This document shows, piece by piece, positions 59,191 through 64,000 of a DNA stretch of 64,000 nucleotides. Source of the DNA: Cyanophora paradoxa CCMP329. Taxonomy: Eukaryota; Plantae; Glaucophyta. Position 1 is the stretch's first letter. Each line of letters starts with the position of its first letter. The stretch is from positions 248,001 to 312,000 of the forward strand of contig QPMI01000436.1 of the NCBI GenBank assembly GCA_004431415.1, given 5' to 3'. The notes under the pieces were generated by a model, which did no database searches, was not told the origin of the DNA, and saw only the letters and a program-made list of their open reading frames with translations. A program made the translations under genes and the position numbers.

Positions 59191-60879
59191 TATTCTAAGT
59201 TATAACTTATTACTTATGATGCATGCGGACATCCGTAAAAAATCTCGGTTCTCACGGAACGGCCGAGCCAAAGATCTTCGATAGCTCAATTGAGGTAACT
59301 GAATTGGGTCGTCGGATCCGGAGTCGACGTCTCCGAGCTCGGATCCGGAGTCGACGTCTCCGAGCTCGAGGCGCCAGCTCGTGCAACTGTAACCGGTACC
59401 AGAACATGCACATGCCCTGCGCATGGGCATGCATGCCGCCGCGGTGCAGTGCACTGCCTGCCAGTGCACTGCCACAGGCTGCCAGCTGCAGTGGGCTGCC
59501 ACAGCCATGCCAGTGCAGCCTGCCACGCGCCGTATGCGTGCACTCCACTACCAGCTAGTACTGTGACTCCAGCCGCGAGTCCAGATGCGTCCAGAGTCCA
59601 GCTGCAGTAATGTCAGACATGTACAGCTGCAATCACTGATAAGTGACCCATTGGCAGTGTGCAACACTGTTCTGGCACTGTGTGGAACAGTGCACGTGCC
59701 CGACACTGTGACATGGCAGCCTCGCAGACTGCGAGCCTGCGACTCCTGCCGAGTCCTGCGAGGCTGCGACACGCTGCGAGCCTGCGACCGGCTCGCGATT
59801 GCCGACAGCTCACAGTCATGACGTCAAGACAATGAGCTGTTGGGCAACTTCTAAAAACACGAATGCGACAGTGTTTTCCCCTTCACTCGAGCTCGCAGAC
59901 TTCCGAAAGTTCGGACATGACGTGGCGGTCGGAGGCATACGTATACTGTGGCACGTGGTACCGACCGTAACCGAAGTCGACCGTGCCGTCGTCTGCGGCA
60001 CATGCCAAGATGGCAGCGCTAGCGACGTCGATACTATGATAGGCTCGCGATTGCGGCTAGGACAGGGTACCGTAGTACCGGTATAGGCGTACGCGTCTTC
60101 CCTTCACCCCGCGCAAAGCGCTCTGCAAGGCTGCAGCCGCAGCCCGGCGGCCGCATGCAGGGCCTTTGCAGGCTGATCATGACTCATGAGGCGCGGCCCG
60201 CAGCGCAACCGGACAGTCGATCGATCTGCACATATGCATGCGCAGTGCAACAGAAGTACCGTAGTACGTGCTACCGGTACGTACGGCCCGCATGCGGAGG
60301 CCTGGCAGCCGCAGGTGCAGGACCGGTGCCGTGCAGCGCTAGCGCCCAGCCGCCGGTCGATATCGTAAGCCGTGATAGAACCGTATTACGAGCGTGTGTG
60401 CGCGCGCGCCGCGGCGCCGCCGGGCCAGCCGCCTTCTCTGTAGCTGTCCTGTAGTTCATCAATGTACCCAATTGTAACAGTTCCGATCTAGATCTTAACA
60501 GCTCCGCTTCAAGATCTTAGAGTCTAGATCTTAACCGTTGAACTTAGTAACAGCTCCGCTTCAAGATCTAAGAGTCTAGATCGGCGCGGCCGACGGCACT
60601 GCAGCTGACGTCGACGCTGCACGTTCCTCGATCGAATTTCAGCTGCAGGTCTAAATGCTTCGAATTCTAGATCGCGTAATAAAAATTCATTTACGCATGA
60701 AAATTTCTTTCGCTATGTCATCAGTAAATGGGGGGGAGGGGGGGGGGGGGGTGCCGTTGCCCCCCTGCTTGTATATTCCATCGAAGCTGTGTGCTAGCAT
60801 GTACCCCGATACAGCCGCAGAGCTCATGTAATTTTCCTCAAGGATTTCGCTAGAAAATGGCCAGCTCGGCAATCTGCAG

Positions 60880-61834
60880 GCTATTCCCTGTCGCCGCTCT
60901 CGGTCTCCTTCGGTTTTCGGTCCGGAAATCGACCCACCCCCTGTACCACAGCGCCCTCGGCTCTTCTCCCCTATCGCTATGGCTTCCTCTTCAGCTGTTC
61001 CGCCCGCTCCGCCCCCTCCTCCTGTTCCTGCATGGCATCCTTTGGTTCACGATACTCTTGTATCGATTCTCGATTCTACTCAGTCGACGTCTAGTTTACC
61101 TTCAGTTGCATCGATGTTAGTGAGTCAGGCCAGTCCTTTGCATCTTCCAGTACCTCGCGTGTTCCCTGCTCTCCCTGTCCCTTTGATTCCATTCCCTTTG
61201 TCGTTAGTTAGCCTTGCCTCTTCCTTCGGGCAGTCCCGCCTCTTTATCTTCAGCGACCGTCTGATCGTGTAGCTCATGACAGCGAGAATTCTGTGTATGA
61301 TTGCGTTCCTCACGTGTATCCTACTCTTGTTTCTACTTCGATTTCTTTGCCGCCTCCTCCTGGTTTAGCACCACAATCTCTGTTCCCTGTCACTTCTGGC
61401 CTGCGTTTCGCCCCTTCTCTTTTACTGCCGTTTCCGAATCCGATTTCCGCTCCTCTGCTTCTAGCGTCCGCGGTGCTTCGGGCCGGTCTTCAGCCGTTGC
61501 TTGCGTTGCCTATTTCGCAGCCTATTTCGATCTAGATTAAAACCGTTACTATTGCTGCTACTCTTGCACTGCGACTGCTTCGTCTCTCTTCGTCTCTCTG
61601 GCTCTGCAAGTTCTAGTGCGACTGCTGTGTCCTTGAGTTCTTCTACTACTTCTCCTCGTACTTTGCGTTCTCGCGATCGCGTCCCTTATCGTGATCCCTT
61701 ATCGTGATCCCTTATCGTGATCCCTCTTGATATATGTATTGCTATCGTCTGCGATCCCTTTTAATTTGCGATCATTTTATTGTCATTTGATATTACTACC
61801 TACGGGGGGTTCTCCCCACCGTAGTCTCTCAAAA
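60880..61834 (+). mobile_element. Pyrimidine-rich retroposon-like segment ending in a 3' stem-loop
   Basis: Strong C/T skew, broken Pro/Ser ORFs, ends CTACGGGGGG-TTCT-CCCCACCGTAG-TCTCTCAAAA; 3' part repeated at 62071-62216 and 25543-25681. No RT motif seen; 5' boundary uncertain. Confidence 0.55.
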
Positions 61835-62027
61835 CATTATTTCCTGAGGTAGAAGTGGGAGTTGATTGTCTGAACACAACAATTCAAAGTTGTTTAAAAA
61901 ATTATTTCCTGAGGTAGAAGTAGGATTTTATTGTCTGAGCACAACAATTCAAAGTTGTTTAAAAAAAGTATTTCCTGAGGTAGAAGTGGGAGTTGATTGT
62001 CTGAGCACAACAATTCAAAGTTGTTTT
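61831..62027. repeat. Three tandem 65-66-bp units
   Basis: TATTTCCTGAGGTAGAAGT...ACAACAATTCAAAGTTGTTT at ~61836, 61901 and 61967. Confidence 0.92.
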
Positions 62028-62233
62028 GCAGTGCGCTGGGGCCTTGAACTGGGCGCGGACGCGGTTTGTATGCTGTGTCCTTGAGTTCTTCTACTACTTC
62101 TCCTCGTACTCGTTCTCCTTACCTTATGCGTTCTCGCGATCGCGTCCCTCTTGATCCCTCTTGATATATATATTGCTATCGTCTGCGATCCCTTTTAATT
62201 TGTGATTATTTTGTTGGCGTTTAATATGGGGTA

Positions 62234-62489
62234 CCGTGGAGCAGGAAAATACTGGGCCGGAAATTAGTGGACTAGAAAACTTGGCGCTCCCTTAGGCGAA
62301 ATACTGGAGCCCGAAATTAGTGGATCGTGAAAATTTCGGGCTTGTATGGGGCGGTAATTACGGGGGGTACTGCATGGGGCAGCATCAAGGAAATACTGGA
62401 GCCCGAAATTAGTGGACTGAGTCAAGATTTCGGTCCACTAATTTCGGGATCCATTAATTTTCTGCGTCCAGTGTTTTCCTGCTCTACGG
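62234..62489. mobile_element. MITE family B, CCGT termini, Tc2/pogo-like (TA TSD)
   Basis: TIR CCGTGGAGCAGGAAAATACTGG vs reverse complement CCGTAGAGCAGGAAAACACTGG (20/22); TA flanks; GAAATTAGTGGA internal repeats. Confidence 0.92.
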
Positions 62490-62677
62490 TATGGGACGGA
62501 CGCGGACGCGGTTTGTATGGGGCGCCCTGGAGAGGCCTTCGTCAAGGCGGACCTTCGCCTCTCAAGGTTTCATGAAAGTCGCCGTACCCTCCAAGCCATA
62601 GCTCTAGCGCGGAAAATCAGGGCAAACAGCGGCGAATCGCGACGTACTGCAGCGGGCAACGCAGTGTGGAGAATAAC

Positions 62678-64000
62678 ATGACGTCCTCCAGCGCCGGCGC
62701 ATACTCCGAGGGCCAGATGGTGGCCGGCGGCTTCCTTCGCACCGCTCTCTCGAACAAGGATGACCTAGTGAAGCGCCTGAAGGTACCTGCGCCGCCCCGA
62801 AGCGTGCGGGCGCTGCGCTGCAGCTGCCTGACCGCTCCATCGCCAGGCGCTGCACACGTTCCTCGTTTCCTGCTCCCAGGACTACCCCAACTACAAGCTC
62901 GAGGTGTATGCAGATCTCGTTGACAAGCGCCTCACGCAGCACGCCGTACGACCTCGTGCAAGCGTTCGTTTTTGCGCCCCATGCTGACGCTCGCCAAGGA
63001 CAAGACGGTCAAGGTATTCACAGCGTGCTGCCTATCCGACGTAATCCGCATCTTCGGTGCGCCGCGCCCAAGCTGCGGCGCGTCGCGCTCTGCTAATTTG
63101 AGCGTGTCCGTTCGAAACGAAGCTCCGGATCCTCCTTACGACGATGCGATACTCCGGGTTCGTTAATGAGCTCAACGCGTGCGCTTTTCGGCTGCGTGCA
63201 GCAGCCGCGAATGGCCGCCGAGGCCGCTCCGACAATTTGAATGAGACCCGCGGCGCAGCGGGTTTTCCTGCTCTTCTGCGAGCAATTCAAGGGCCTGCAC
63301 GACCGCTCCTGTCCACTTTTCTCGCGCTACATCTGGATGCTGGAGCGTCTGAACATCGTGAACGCGGCTGTGCGCTCGCCCGCGGCCCGCCGGGCTTCGC
63401 CCCCCTGATCTGATCCGCCCGCCCAGGTCCTGATGGTCAGCCTGGATATGGCGGACGAGCTGATGATGGAGAACGTTCGCACGCTTTTCGGGGTCATCTC
63501 GTGCGCGGCGGCTCCGCCCCCCGCGCGCCCCTCCCTCCGCCCGGGGCGCCCCCGCGAACGAGTCCCCACCGTGCAGGAGCGTCCACAGCAACAAGGTGGA
63601 GCGGGAGATCGTCTCGTGGCTGGCGGCCGTGATCAACGAGGCGGACGGCCTCTCGAACAGGTTCCTGGGAGAGATCCTGCAGAACCTGGTACCCCCCGTG
63701 CGGGAGGAGCACAAGGATCGCTACCGGCTCGCCCGAAAGCTGGTCGAGGTCACAGCGCCGCGCATCGAGCGTCCCGTCACCGAGTTTCTCACCGCCCTTC
63801 TCGCCGACGACTCGGTGCACCGTCCCCTCTGTGGAGACTCCGATTAGAATTCAATTTCGCTCGAAATTCAAATTTTAACTCACCAGAAGGCGCGGGACGA
63901 GGAGATTCCGCCCGTGCTCCAGAAGCAGGTTATGGAGCTCCTCGTCGAGCTGGGCGCCGTCGGCCCCAACTTCGTGTTCGCCGCCCTGCCCCTCATCGAC
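62678..64000 (+). CDS. PDS5: Sister chromatid cohesion protein PDS5, 5' part (runs off window)
   Basis: KDDLVKRLK, KDKTVKVFTACCLSDVIRIF|APDPPYDD, VFLLFCEQFKGL..PLFSRYIWMLERL, YRLARKLVE: characteristic PDS5 N-terminal HEAT region. Confidence 0.93.

Noticed and set aside
59561-59817. Possible MITE with CTGTGA/TCACAG ends
   Set aside because: Only a 6-bp inverted match and no matching TSD.
61831-62027. CRISPR-like array
   Set aside because: Units repeat over their whole length with no unique spacers; no cas genes; eukaryotic context.

Overview
Eukaryotic, GC-rich, very intron-dense genomic DNA (mostly 50-250 nt introns of the GTGCGC...GCAG type, several GC donors), so the ORF track is largely noise and genes were rebuilt by manual splicing. 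It looks like an alga/protist (style reminiscent of the glaucophyte Cyanophora; not verifiable here). Genes, left to right: a secreted FN3-like protein with a hydrophobic C-tail (+), an Aa_trans amino-acid transporter (-), a large TRANK1/Lba1-type SF1 UvrD-like helicase with an N-terminal RelE/ParE-like domain and a long TPR-like tail (+), a ~13.7 kb type-I membrane protein with WSC, FN3 and F-type-lectin-like domains (+), a subtilisin S8 protease missing the centre of its catalytic domain (-), a LamG-repeat protein (+), beta-helix and hAT transposase remnants, and the 5' part of PDS5 (+). Intergenic DNA is packed with non-autonomous transposons with readable TIRs/TSDs (TA-targeting MITEs, two hAT MITEs, a MULE, LINE-like 3' ends). 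Best leads: (1) the RelE-like/helicase/TPR protein as a candidate eukaryotic anti-invader effector; (2) intergenic tracts that read as stacked transposon excision footprints; (3) a shared C-terminal GIPYVS anchor module on two unrelated secreted proteins. All calls are by eye, exon boundaries are approximate, and no database searches were run.
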